Source: Daphnia carinata
Lineage: Eukaryota
Assembly (NCBI RefSeq): GCF_022539665.2
Contig: NC_081333.1
Coordinates: 682,001-746,000, forward strand
Direction of reading: 5' to 3'
Length of the DNA stretch: 64,000 nucleotides
This document shows positions 44,301 through 55,331 of this stretch, one piece after another. The notes below the pieces were generated by a model. It worked only from the letters and a program-made list of their open reading frames with translations. It had not been told where the DNA came from and made no database searches. How positions within the stretch are numbered: position 1 is the first letter of the stretch; each line of letters starts with the position of its first letter. The position numbers were made by a program, and so were the translations under genes.

Positions 44301-45550
44301 GAATTCATTAGGAAACGTCCCGATTAACACTAAGAAGAGGATCCGCCCCAACTGCCCTGCATCCGCTAAACTGGCTGGATAGTCCGCGCAGCAAACGCAA
44401 TTCTTCGATGACGCATTTTGGACGTCAGGGTTCACTCAGATTGACAAACTTGGACCAAAGCGAGCCAGGTCTTCGGCGTCGCGGATCGTTGCCATACGAG
44501 CTCGGTAGAAAACTCTCTGGTCACGATTGCATCGTTGGTCGGCTCATTCCAGAGACTTCCGATTGCGCGAAAATTGACGTTGGAGTGAGACGCGGCTCGG
44601 CCCCCTCAGACTTGCTTCGTAACACGGGCGCTTCCATCGCAAGTTGCTGGATCCAGCTTCGCGATCGAGTGAAAATGAAGGTCGGCTCTTTGCGCATCAG
44701 CGTCGTGTCATTTTTAATTTTTCGTGATTTGGACGTTTCTAGGGTAAAGAGATTGCGTTGAGTACCGGGACTGGGTTGATGAATGACAGTGGATGTGGAC
44801 TTGCCGTCCGCGAATGCCGAAGACGCTCACTCCGTCGGCGTCGCTCGGGAGGGCCGGAACTCTTCGCCTCGGTCGTCCGCCGTAGTAACAATTTTCCTTC
44901 GGCTCAGCTGCCTCCGCTACCTCAAAGTGCTACCTGCACTCATGCCAAATTAAAGGTTTCATATCGCCTCGTCTGTCCGCATTCTATTTACCAGCACCCA
45001 AAAAATAATCTTATGTTTTTATTTTCGTTTCGTCATTTCTAAGCAGAGGACGTCTTCGTTATCGCCACCGGAAAGTATCAATCCTATAGTAGGATCTGGA
45101 GATTGTCATCGCGATTGGCTTCTACTGGGAAGGCGTGGTTCTGGTGCACTTGAACTCTTGGCTGGACTTTGGCGCCAGAATCGCGATCGATCTGAACGCT
45201 CCAGTTTTGAATCAGATGATTCTCTTTTAAGTAAGCGAATCGAATTTCTGAATTATTTAAGCTGTCGTTCTCAAAATGTTAGTGTTTTGTTCTTATACAG
45301 GACCCCACCGTCAGCGGTTGTCAATGGATTCTTCTTCGTCATCAGACGGTATCCCATGCTCAGCCCTAGAAGAGTACTGCCATTTGGTGGGCCATGGGAG
45401 GACTCAGCGAAGAGGGTCATGCCCAACCGACCATTCCGTTTTATCAGGTAACAATTAACGATGGGTTGGCGATGTTCCGTATGGCCTTATATTTATTTGG
45501 ACTGAACAGGAAGCTCCAGTGCGAATTTGACGCAATTGAACAGCAGATAA
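41390..45550 (+). CDS. PDE7: PDE7-like high-affinity cAMP-specific 3',5'-cyclic nucleotide phosphodiesterase (start codon exon not resolved; 5' exons probably further upstream)
   Basis: Class I PDE motifs across spliced exons: [116 protein letters not shown] match PDE7 family sequences as I recall them. The last exon ends [16 protein letters not shown] at 45550. Confidence 0.88.
43021..43044. repeat. (GT)n microsatellite in a PDE intron
   Basis: ~12 TG units. Confidence 0.9.
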
Positions 45551-46734
45551 CACACGGCGTACATGGATCAAGTTTCCATCGGCAGCTTCTCACTCTGTTT
45601 GATGGATATTTTTATACATGATTTATTTTCTTTTTTTATGAAGCTCAGTGTTGATATCTTTAAACAGAAACTCTCATCCTTTTACTTTCTTTCAACGGCT
45701 GAATGTTTTTGCTCAACAAAAATGACAAACGAAATTCCACCAAAAATTGGAGAAGAGGAACAAGATGAGGGAGCGTTGTTGTCAAGCGTTTTTTTTTTTA
45801 TGTTCCAAGGGATTGCTGGCTCCCGTCGATTGTGTTGCTTGTATTGTGTGCATCTTCTCTGGATACTGTTCGTTCCTGAGTCGTGCGTGTAAAATTTCCT
45901 GTTCCCGTGCAGTTTAGAGAGACTGAAGTGGCAAGCGAACGATAACAAACAAACAAAGATTGTTCCTACCACCTGTATGTCTGGTTCACTTCACATTCCG
46001 TCATGTTGTAGCCAAATTTAGTTTTTAATTTTCACTTCACTGCCTTTCTTTTTCTCTTACCTCTCCCTTTTTTCATATTTTTTTGTTCAATATTTTGTTA
46101 AAGAAATGCGTCTAAATTTTATGTCAAGAAAAGAAAAACACAACCAGAACACACACAAAAAAAAAAGAAAAAAAAATCTTATAAAATTCTCAAAGATAGC
46201 TGACTCCTGGCCCCCTGATGTAAGCATTTTATTTTATATACACCCACACCCAGCTCCCGTCAGTCGAGTACACTTTATGTCACATGAGTTCAAATGAATC
46301 GCTGAGTATGTGTTGGGCGTCTTCTTTCCATTTTCCAAGCTTCGTCCACTGTTAACTGTAAGGTATTGTCTCCGAAAAAAAAAATTATTTAAATACACGT
46401 TTTTCCTATCAAAAGTCGTCATCATCATGTACTGTTTATTATTAAAAATTACTATGTAGGATACAGCATTCGTATCTATCTCTCTCACACGTTTGAATGC
46501 ATGAACGAATTGAAATTTATCAAATATGTAATAGCAAGATCATAAGAGTAAAAAACAGATACAGAATGGTTTACGATTACAAATTAACAGGTAGCAAACA
46601 GATGACTTTCGTGCATCCCTTTTTCATCTGTTCCTTCCATCTGTTTTTTTTTTTTCCTATTCATCCTTTTTTATGGTTCGACCAGAGAACACCCAAAGAT
46701 TTAAACCACCGTTATTTAACAGCAAAAAATGTGC

Positions 46735-47440
46735 TTAAAAACCATATCGTATTTCTTTCTCAAATTGTTCTGGTTTTAGGGAGCCATCAATAGCCTCACA
46801 ACCAGGATTAAATACAGAATATGCACTTGGTTCCCATGGTTTTCTTTGCCCAGTTCTGAAATTAGTAAAAATTAGGTAGAAGGCTGATAAAATTACATAC
46901 AAAGCACCAAATTCCAGTTCAAGGCAAAGTAAATAAAGCACCATCCAAAGTATGATTTTCAAACAAAGGAGAACATATTTAAACTGCCCATTTTGGTTGT
47001 CTGCTGCCACTTGTTGAACACTTAGATTCCGCCGTCCAGCTTTTGTTTTTCGACCAGACTTTGTAGAGAGATTCATGTTAAATCTTCAGGGATTTATGAT
47101 ATGAGTAATGCTTGAATACCTGTTCTTGTTGTAGTGCTTCTTGTGACTGTGATTTTTCGCTAAAACCAGGCCTGTGAAGTATTGTTTTTCCTGGAGTAGA
47201 ACTGTTACTTAAACCTTCATTATCAACAACTACTACATCTGAAATTTTGGCTACTGAGATGTTCTCCACAGCATTTTCAAAACATGGAATGACTTTTTTA
47301 TTTGTAATTTCAGATCTGAAGACATTTGCCGTCTTACTCGGAAAAAACCTTTCCCACATCGATTCCTTGCTTGACATTTGAATTTCCGCTTCCTTTTTGC
47401 GGCGGTATTCCCTTAATTGTTCTTCGATATTCTGAGGCAT
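46735..47440 (-). CDS. SAYSD1: SAYSvFN domain-containing protein; exons 47440-47120 and 47058-46735
   Basis: MPQNIEEQLREYRRKK N-terminus; hydrophobic hairpin LLCLKIILWMVLY..LEFGALYVILSAFYLIFTN; EPSAYSVFNPGCEAIDGSLKPEQFEKEI signature. Confidence 0.93.
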
Positions 47441-47629
47441 CGTCGAACAGGATGGATCACACAACGAATGCTGTTCTTTTTCTTTGCATATTTGTAGCTG
47501 ACAGAAACAATATCTCTTATGGCAATCCGTTTTGCCCAAAAAAAAAACATCCGTTTTACTGCTATCGCCATCTAACGTTCAGATTTCTAGTTAATTCTCT
47601 ACATACATTGACCTAACATTTCTGCTGCG

Positions 47630-49624
47630 CAGCCATTCCACTTCTAGGGATATTACCCTATTTAGGGGGATTTAAGGAAAATTTTTGGAATCTAGGGTGC
47701 AGTTATGGAGATCTAGGGTTTCCGGGATTATCCAGGGCCTATTTAATTTTCTGGGGATTTCTCGGGATTTTGAGATTTTTGGCCAAACCGCTGTTGCTTT
47801 TGGCGCTTCTATGCAACTTCGAAAGTAAAATGTTCCTCAATAAGAGCCACCAAGCGGACAATGGTGAACGGTACGCTTTTCAGAAAGTAACACTGACTAG
47901 GATACACCACGAACTCCATTTGATCCTCCAAACGTCTGTGCCAAACATATCGCACGCCGAATTTTTTAAGACTCAAGTCTCCGACTGAATTTCTGACAAG
48001 CACTTGACCCAATTGCAAAAGCTGGGGAGAGTTCCTTGAATATATACGTAGGAATTACGAATCTATTTTGTTCAACCATGATGAACAATTTGTTGTTGAG
48101 ACATGATGAACCCGAGGCCTCACACAATTTTGTTATCTAGGTGAGCAACACACTGTTCATTGGGAAACGCTGTGATTCTCTTGAGGCTTTATAACGTTGA
48201 AAGTTCGATGACAATTATTTTTGGAAAAAACCATATCTTTATTGCTTAACTAAACAAATGTGATGGGGCAATCCGATGGTTTTATTTCCATAGCCAATTT
48301 AAATTTTTCTGGTAACTTGTTTGGCTTTGACGGGCACTGATTAATTGCTTTAAAAATGTGTTCGATTTAATACTGTTCTAAAATAAATAAAATGGGTTAT
48401 TTTATTTTTTTTATTTACATTTATAAAAATAATAAAAATTTATTTGAAGCAATGGCGTCTATAAGAACCGAACACGGACAGTCGACGTATGATCTCAGTG
48501 CTATACCACAGCGCCCTACCATAGCGCGACACCACTATTAGTCACATATTATATAGCTCCGGTATTAGAACGAAGGTCGATGAAAAATAAATTTGTTTGA
48601 GATGTGCGGTCCTGGCACAGTGGTTACCACCTTCGCTTCGCATTCTGAAGGCCCCGGGTTCAAGTCCCGACACCGCCAATTTCCCACCCTCCCTTTCCCT
48701 CCAAATCTTCATTCAAGATACGCAAGATTCATCGGATTACGCAAGATTCTACGCCTTCAAGAAAGAAAAAAAGAAGAGAGAAAAAAAGAAGAGAAAAGAA
48801 AAGAGAAAAAAGAAAAGCCATGCCTACTATAAAGGGGCTAAATGGCACACCAAAAAAAAGCCTTGCCAGGCTAAAAATGGCAAAAAAAGCCTTGCCAGGC
48901 TAAAAATCGATCTGTAGTTGTTCACTACCTTGAAGATCGAACCACAAACTGAAAGGTAGAGAAGACGTGATCGTTGAACGTAGGCTGTTCGTTAGCCTCC
49001 CCACGGCCTGAAAGACGGCTCGTGGATGCAGGCAGCTTATCATCGGGATGTGTGACCCAATTCGCTACCCGTAAGTTTTTGTTGTTCCTTTTTGTATCTA
49101 ACATATTATATATTATATTATTAGGGGTGTTAGTGTTGCTCTAGTGTTGCTGTTGTTGTTGATGAAGTGGTTTTGTAAGTAGCAGAATGTTTGGTAATAT
49201 TATTTATTGGCGAGGCAGAGAACAAGCTACATATAAGCTATATAACAATATAACAATATAACAAGCTATATATAAGCTGGACCCGAGTTCGAATCTAGCC
49301 TCAGTCATTTCTTTTTTCCCTTTCCCGTAAGGTGGCCACGCGCTAGGTTCCACTTTCCACTGTTTTTCCCACACATTTCAATTCTGCATTCGTTACCAAA
49401 CAGTGGAAAGTGGAGCTCGGTTTGGGGTATTACGCCCCTTGGCAATGCAGTTTTAGGCGCTGGAGGTATTGCGCGTTGACAGACCGTTATTATAGTAGGC
49501 CATGCGAGTATGCCATGAAAGTAACAGGGATTTTTCTGGGGATTTTATTTTTTTTAAATAGGGATTTATGTCCCCAGTCTGGCAACGTTCTAGGGATACC
49601 ACTTTGCGGAAAGTGGAAACACTG
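47630..49624. mobile_element. Non-autonomous TIR DNA transposon with 8-bp TSD (hAT- or P-superfamily-like)
   Basis: Direct repeat CTGCTGCG at 47622-47629 and 49625-49632. Termini CAGCCATTCCACTT / AAGTGGAAACACTG (11/14 inverted match, CAG...CTG). Clustered GGGATT(T) motifs lie at both subtermini (47655-47772, 49527-49597). Confidence 0.8.
48606..48678 (+). pseudogene. tRNA-derived sequence (pseudo-tRNA, CGC in anticodon position) inside the 8-bp-TSD element
   Basis: A-box TGGCACAGTGG, B-box GGTTCAAGTCC, acceptor-like GCGGT/ACCGC pairing; anticodon stem does not pair well. Confidence 0.7.
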
Positions 49625-50659
49625 CTGCTGCGTAATATGGTGTGTTTGCCAGGATCTCCTTCAGTGAAAATGAGTAATGTCAGTAGAAACTCTTCATTTC
49701 TTCACAAAAATGTTTGGCTTAAGAAAAAAACAAGACTTCTTTGGATTGAAAAATGATACATCTGTGAGTATACATATGACGTTCGTTATTTAGATATTAA
49801 TAAAACTCACTATCGAAAAAAATATACTCTTTTTTTTAAAACAATTTTTACGATTTTCTATGTGACACCAAGACATGGCAGACATGGATTGGATAATATG
49901 GTTACTTGAACACTGATTTGCAAATGCAGAACAGCTGGCTTATGTTTCAAATGTCAGTTGGAGATTTTCGGGGCAAAATTTCTAGTAACTCAGCATTTGG
50001 TACCATCTTTACTATAACTTTATACAGTATCCTGCATGTTTCATTAATAAAGATTTAAATCCTTTTATAGATTGACACATCAGTGAGGAAGGTTCAGTTT
50101 AGTTCGTCATATGGTAGTTTCACCCCATCTGTCATTGGTGGAATCTATTGCAACGAAATATTTCGGTGCAATAACGGCGTTTTCCCCTATTGCACCGAAA
50201 TCTTTCGTTGCAATAAGGGCTTTTTTCACTATTGCACCGAAATATGTCGTTGCAATAAGTGGCTTTATTCCATATTGCACCGAAAGATTTCGTTGCAATA
50301 ATTTGATTTTTCCTTATTGCACCGAAATATAAAAATTGTTATCCTACTAATATACTATAGTAAAACTAATTATTGTTAATTTAGATATATATTATAGCTC
50401 ATATTAAACATACTAAAATATACCTTGAATCTGGCAATTACACACAGCTACTACCTGACTGGAAAATCTTCTGCTATCTAGGAAAAATCAGTACAGTCTC
50501 GTGGTCCAGACAGACAGGTGTGTAAATTGTTCGCGTGTGCAACTACCCAAATTTTAATATTTACTTGTGACAGTGTTATCTTTCGTTTTTAATGTGGATA
50601 AAGCTGTGAAGGTAAGTCACATTTCCGTATTTTTTTATGCATAAAATTATTTTACGTTT

Positions 50660-51420
50660 TTTGTTTCGGCTGGCCATGTTTTCCCGCCGTACTATGCCTT
50701 CGTTGGGCTATTTTCTTTTATTTTTTCTTTCTGTGGTCATTTTTGCACGCCAGACTATGCATTCGTTGCGTTTTTTTCTGTTTTTTTTTCTGCGGCCCAT
50801 TTTTGCCCGCCGGAATATGCCTTCGTTGCATTTATTTTGTTTTTGGTTTCGGCGGCCCATTTTCGCCCGCCGGGCTATATTTTCGTTGCATTTTTCTTTC
50901 TGTTTTTTGTTTCGGCGGCCCATTTTCGCCCGCCGGGCTATATTTTCGTTGCATTTTTCTTTCTGTTTTTTGTTTCGGCGGCCCATTTTTGCCCGCCGGA
51001 CTATGTTTTCGTTGCATTTTTTTCGGTTTTTTTTGGCGGACCATTTTTGCCCGCCGGAATATGTTTTCGTTGCAATTTTTTTCGGTTTTTTTTGGCGGAC
51101 CATTTTTGCCCGCCGGAATATGTTTTCGTTGCAATTTTTTTCGGTTTTTTTTGGCGGACCATTTTTGCCCGCCGGAATATGTTTTCGTTGTTTTTTTTTA
51201 AATTTTTTTTTCGGCGGCCCATTTCTGCCGGCCGGAATATGTTTTTTTTTTTTTTTTTTTCATTGTTTTTTTCGGCGGCCCATTTCTGCCGGCATGCATA
51301 TGCGTTTGTTGGGTATCTTTTTTGTTTGTTTTTTCTTTTCGGCTGTCCATTTTTGCCAGCCAGACTTTGTTTACGTTAGTGTGTTTTTGTTTTTCGTTTT
51401 TCGGCTGTCTCTTTTTTTCT
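50660..51420. repeat. ~57-60-bp minisatellite (core CGGC(G)G(C/A)CCATTTT(T/C)GCCCGCCGG..TAT.TTTTCGTTGC), ~12 copies, inside the MULE
   Basis: Visible tandem units; they explain the repetitive ORFs 50637-51422. Confidence 0.92.
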
Positions 51421-51472
51421 GATTCGCGCTCAATTTAACAACATAAATTTAAATAGATTTGTTTATTGTTTA

Positions 51473-52642
51473 TCATTTAGTATTTATACATAATTTGCAA
51501 ATATAATCCTTAGATTTGGGTACATCCTTTAAACCGTCGCATTTCCAGTGAACCCATTCTAGACAACAAGAACATATAACAGTGCCCACCTCCCCAATAA
51601 TTTTTGTACAACTATGACAGTAAAATTTTGATTTCTTCTTCTCGATCAGCCTCTTCTTCTCCGCAACTACGAAATAAATAATGTTCCATATTAATAAATT
51701 ATGAATTTTAAATTTAAGATTAGTAATAGGAAAAATATTTACCTAAACTTGTTACTCCTAGCCATGCATCCTCGTCGAAATACATCTTGAATCGCCCCAA
51801 ATCCCCTATTTCCTCCTCTAGGAATGCGGTTGACAAGTCCTGTGGAAATGTCAAAATCATCTCTTCGGTGACAAGAGATGATTCCTTTAACACTTTGTTG
51901 GCCGCATCGCTCCCAGCTGCCAGCAACTTAGTCAACACAACTAAAAGAAAAAAGTTTTTTCAGTACAAATTATAACAGCAGTCGTAATATCTAACTTACA
52001 TCTAGCTTGGTCGACTGCTTTCTTTTTGGTAAATGGCTTTGCTGACCATTTAAAGAAATCAAGGGCCTTAGATTTAGCTTGACGTCCAGGCCCTCGCTTT
52101 CTTTGTGGTAGCCTAGTTGCTGGTTGTTCGGGTGGATCCGTAGAGGGACCTGCTTTTGGAGATATTTCTTGACAAGCAGGCATGGAACTAGTTGGAGATT
52201 CAGGGACACCGTTTCCTTCTTGCACGTCTCCTAATTCTTGCAGTTCGTCGTCATCTTCCTTTTCCTCTGCTGCTGATGTTTTTTCTTCTTTGCTGGTGGC
52301 TGTTCCTTAGGCTTGTCCTCCTTTTTTCTTTTGTTGGTTTCCGATACGTTAGCGTTCTCTGGTTGGTTCTCGGCATCTAAAGATGTTATATTATTAGAAA
52401 TCCATAGCGATTGGTTTTAAAATCTAAACAAATATACCTTCGAATAATTGAATTTTTGCATTATTTTTCCATCGGCGAACTAGGTGTTGTAGAAGTGTAA
52501 TGGCGCTGTCCATGGCAGAAATCGGTAGTTCTTGTACTACGTCTGCTACTTCAGTCAAAACGGCATGCAGGTTACAAATACTCAGATAATCTTTGAAAAA
52601 CTTCTCTTCAAGAGGCCGCTTCCGTACTCCGTAATCCATCAT
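51473..52642 (-). pseudogene. Remnant C-terminal exons of a MULE-borne gene ending in a PHD finger; exons ~52642-52438, 52376-52000, 51940-51743, 51666-51473
   Basis: Phase-consistent GT-AG splicing gives ...RKRGPGRQ..KPFTKKK..ARF|VLTKLL..MYFDEDAWLGVTSL|VAEKK..FYCHSCTK..VICSCCLEWVHWKCDG..DYICKLC* (C4HC3 PHD). There is a frameshift and an in-frame stop near 52300-52330. No DDE core is visible. Confidence 0.8.
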
Positions 52643-52830
52643 CCAGAGTTAATCTTTTAATCCTTAATGCTCATATAATATACAACTTCTCTTCATCATG
52701 GCGCTTCCGTATTCCATAATCTCTTGCCCACGGATAATCTTTTAAGCCTTAAAATATAGAATGCTTGCACAACTTTTCTTTATAATGCCGATTCCGAAAG
52801 CCATTATCTGTAATCCATATATAATCTTAG
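52600..52830. repeat. Diverged 86-bp tandem repeat (3 copies) inside the MULE
   Basis: G(C/G)CG(C/A)TTCCG...TAATCTT at 52615, 52701, 52787. Confidence 0.75.
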
Positions 52831-55331
52831 AAAAGTATTCCCAAAAAAACAACACTTTATTGCCACCATTAATCATTAGTCATCATTAAATGTCCTTGCA
52901 TCATACCACTATTAATGCAGATGCCCAGCAAGCATTATACTGTTGTCGGAGAAAAAAAGAAATCATAAGAATGTTGTCGGTTGATATTCTAAATGTATTT
53001 GGTATTTAGTTAAAAAAAGTAACTAAACTAAAAAATACAATAAAAACTTAAAATAATATAACTTAATTAAATATACAATAAAATGTATAACTGACGTACA
53101 TTACATATAAATTGTGTGTAGAAAATCTTTCGGTGCAATAGGGAAAAATGAAATTATTGCAACGAAATCTTTCGGTGCAATAGGGAATAAAGCCACTTAT
53201 TGCAACGACATATTTCGGTGCAATAGTGAAAAAAGCCCTTATTGCAACGAAAGATTTCGGTGCAATAGGGGAAAACGCCGTTATTGCACCGAAATATTTC
53301 GTTGCAATAGATTCCACCTCTGTCATTTGTACCAATTGTAGATGTTGTCCATAACAAGTCTTCATGTTTACATTCTTGCCAGTGGTGCTTATACTTTTTT
53401 TAATCACAACTGCTTGTTTCAGCTGTTCCAAGTATTGAAGCATTACTTATGCAAGTACTTAGAGAGGGCTGCCCATTACAAAAGAAGAGCTTATCACGGT
53501 ATTTTATGAAATAAATAGATTTTCAAAGAAAGAAAACTTTTAACCTCTCCTGTTCCCCATAGATGCTGTGATGGTATGTTTGCAAAACTGGAAAAAATTC
53601 TGTGCTATAGTGGCCTTAAGTACGTGCGCAACATTTTGAAAAATGTGAACAGCAAAAACAGTTGGTCAGAATTTCAAACGTCAAAAGTACTTATTTCTGG
53701 AAAATCAATTAGTCTACATCCTGATTTTCTGCTGTTCCATCAGTCACTATGCAGTGTGTTTGGACAACCTAAGCATTCTTGAAACAGACTGCTTCAGTTT
53801 ATAACGAAGATGTATTGCTTGTCATGCCTGTGACCAACTTCACAGGACTATGTTGTAAGTTAATATCACTTTACAAAGCCAAATAGGTGTAACAGAATGC
53901 AATTTTGTAAATTTTTTATACAGAATTATTTTACTGTTTTGTTTTTTGTTGTATATTGTACAGCAAATTTAGATTACATGCCTAGTATGAAAGAGATCAA
54001 GTATATTACCGAAATTGGCTATCTCAGTTCGCGACTTCCGAACTCATCCACAGTCTGTCATTCTGATGCAGGGGTCCTGAAAGAAGTTGGAACGTTTTGA
54101 ACCGTCTCAGCCAATAAGTCTGTCTCTTTTTTTGTGGCTGGAAATCCATGATTATAACTAATTAAAATGCCATTTATTGTGTTATTTGCATAGGTATTAG
54201 AAAATAGGTAGTCACTTAATAATTAGTTTCTTCGCAGCCCCTCAACTTACCATCCAAGCAAGCACTATGTCTGTCAAACCATTAGCTGAATACAGTTAAT
54301 ACCAGTAGTTCACCAAAACAAGAGGTAAAGAAGGATTGCACCGATCCTTATTGAATATATATTGATAGGCAAACGTTTAAAAATTGATTCATGTTTCGTT
54401 TTCTTTAACTAGGTTAAGAATCATACTGAATCAAAAGAGGTATCTGGTCGAACCAAATTTCATAATGATAACGGTTGGAAGCCCGAAGGAATTTTTGAAA
54501 AATGCTTCCTGCCCATTATCTTCAGTCGTTGCTGCGGCCGAAAAAAAGTATTAAAATTTATATAAATTGAAGTGCATATCTGGGCTCCCTTCTTTTCTGT
54601 GGCCCCGTTTCCCTTTGATTTTTAATAAGCCCGTAGGGGGGTCATGCCCCTACTGTGATCAGCAGTAACGGTTGTGAGTGCGCTGTCTGGAAAGGGGACG
54701 TGGGGGTCCTCATGGTCCGATGATATCATTGGAGGGCTGTGGGGCCAGAAAGTTAAAATTTCGAAAATTTAAAAAATGAACTATGTTCTCTTCACAAGTT
54801 ACAAAAGATCTGCGTAGTTTCAAACGTAAACTACAGTAAACGAACATAACATGGCCTTTCAAAGTTGTTAAAGTTCAGTTTTCAGGTACGACCTGTATAC
54901 CACTTCAAATCACTACCACACACTATCAGACACATAATGATCGAAGCAAATATTTTAAAACCATTCCCTTAATTTTGTAGCCATCAGAATTAAGGGGATA
55001 GCTGAACAGATATGGTTATTACCAGACAGAAGTAAATGGGTGACCCAATTCTTGCAGAATATTAGCAAATAGCAATATCTTTTTTTTATTTTTGGTAAAA
55101 CGGATTGCCATAGTCAAAACAATTTTTATATGGCAATCCGTTTTAAACAAAAAACAAAAAAAAATTTCACCAAAAAAAAAAAATCACACTTTTTTCTTTT
55201 TTTCCGACACGTAGCCATCTACCGCTCAGACTCGTTATTACTGGCGTAGGCAATTTCAATCCATTGGATGCCATTCGCAGTTCAGTAGCGTGGACGGAGA
55301 ATAACGCGTGGCTGGAGGAACAATTGAAAAA

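Larger units (their letters stand above)
50137..53318. mobile_element. Mutator-like (MULE) element, internally deleted, with ~190-bp repeat-built TIRs and 9-bp TSD
   Basis: Perfect TSD TCTGTCATT at 50128-50136 and 53319-53327. Termini GGTGGAATCTATTGCAACG...CGTTGCAATAGATTCCACC. Near-identical TIRs at 50137-~50330 and ~53122-53318. A 9-bp TSD, G-starting long TIRs and internal repeats are MULE hallmarks. Confidence 0.92.
47518..55112. mobile_element. Module 1: ~7.6-kb segment bounded by diverged ~100-bp inverted ends; host to two nested transposons and a decayed plus-strand cargo gene
   Basis: Left end TATGGCAATCCGTTTTGCCCAAAA (47518) versus right end TTTTGGTAAAACGGATTGCCATA (to 55112). Weaker inverted similarity continues between 47560-47600 and 54985-55032. 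No TSD found. Confidence 0.55.

Noticed and set aside
48981..49070. AGCCTCCCCACGGC resembles the P3/L3 core of HDV-like ribozymes
   Set aside because: I could not build matching P1 and P2 helices in the required order; it would need an RNArobo/Infernal search to revive.
50137..51420. Regularly spaced palindromic repeats that could be mistaken for a CRISPR array
   Set aside because: Eukaryotic context, no unique spacers and no cas genes; the repeats are MULE TIR subunits and a minisatellite.
50637..51422. Overlapping ORFs of 100-261 aa in several frames
   Set aside because: By-products of the T-rich minisatellite (F/R/K-rich repetitive translations).
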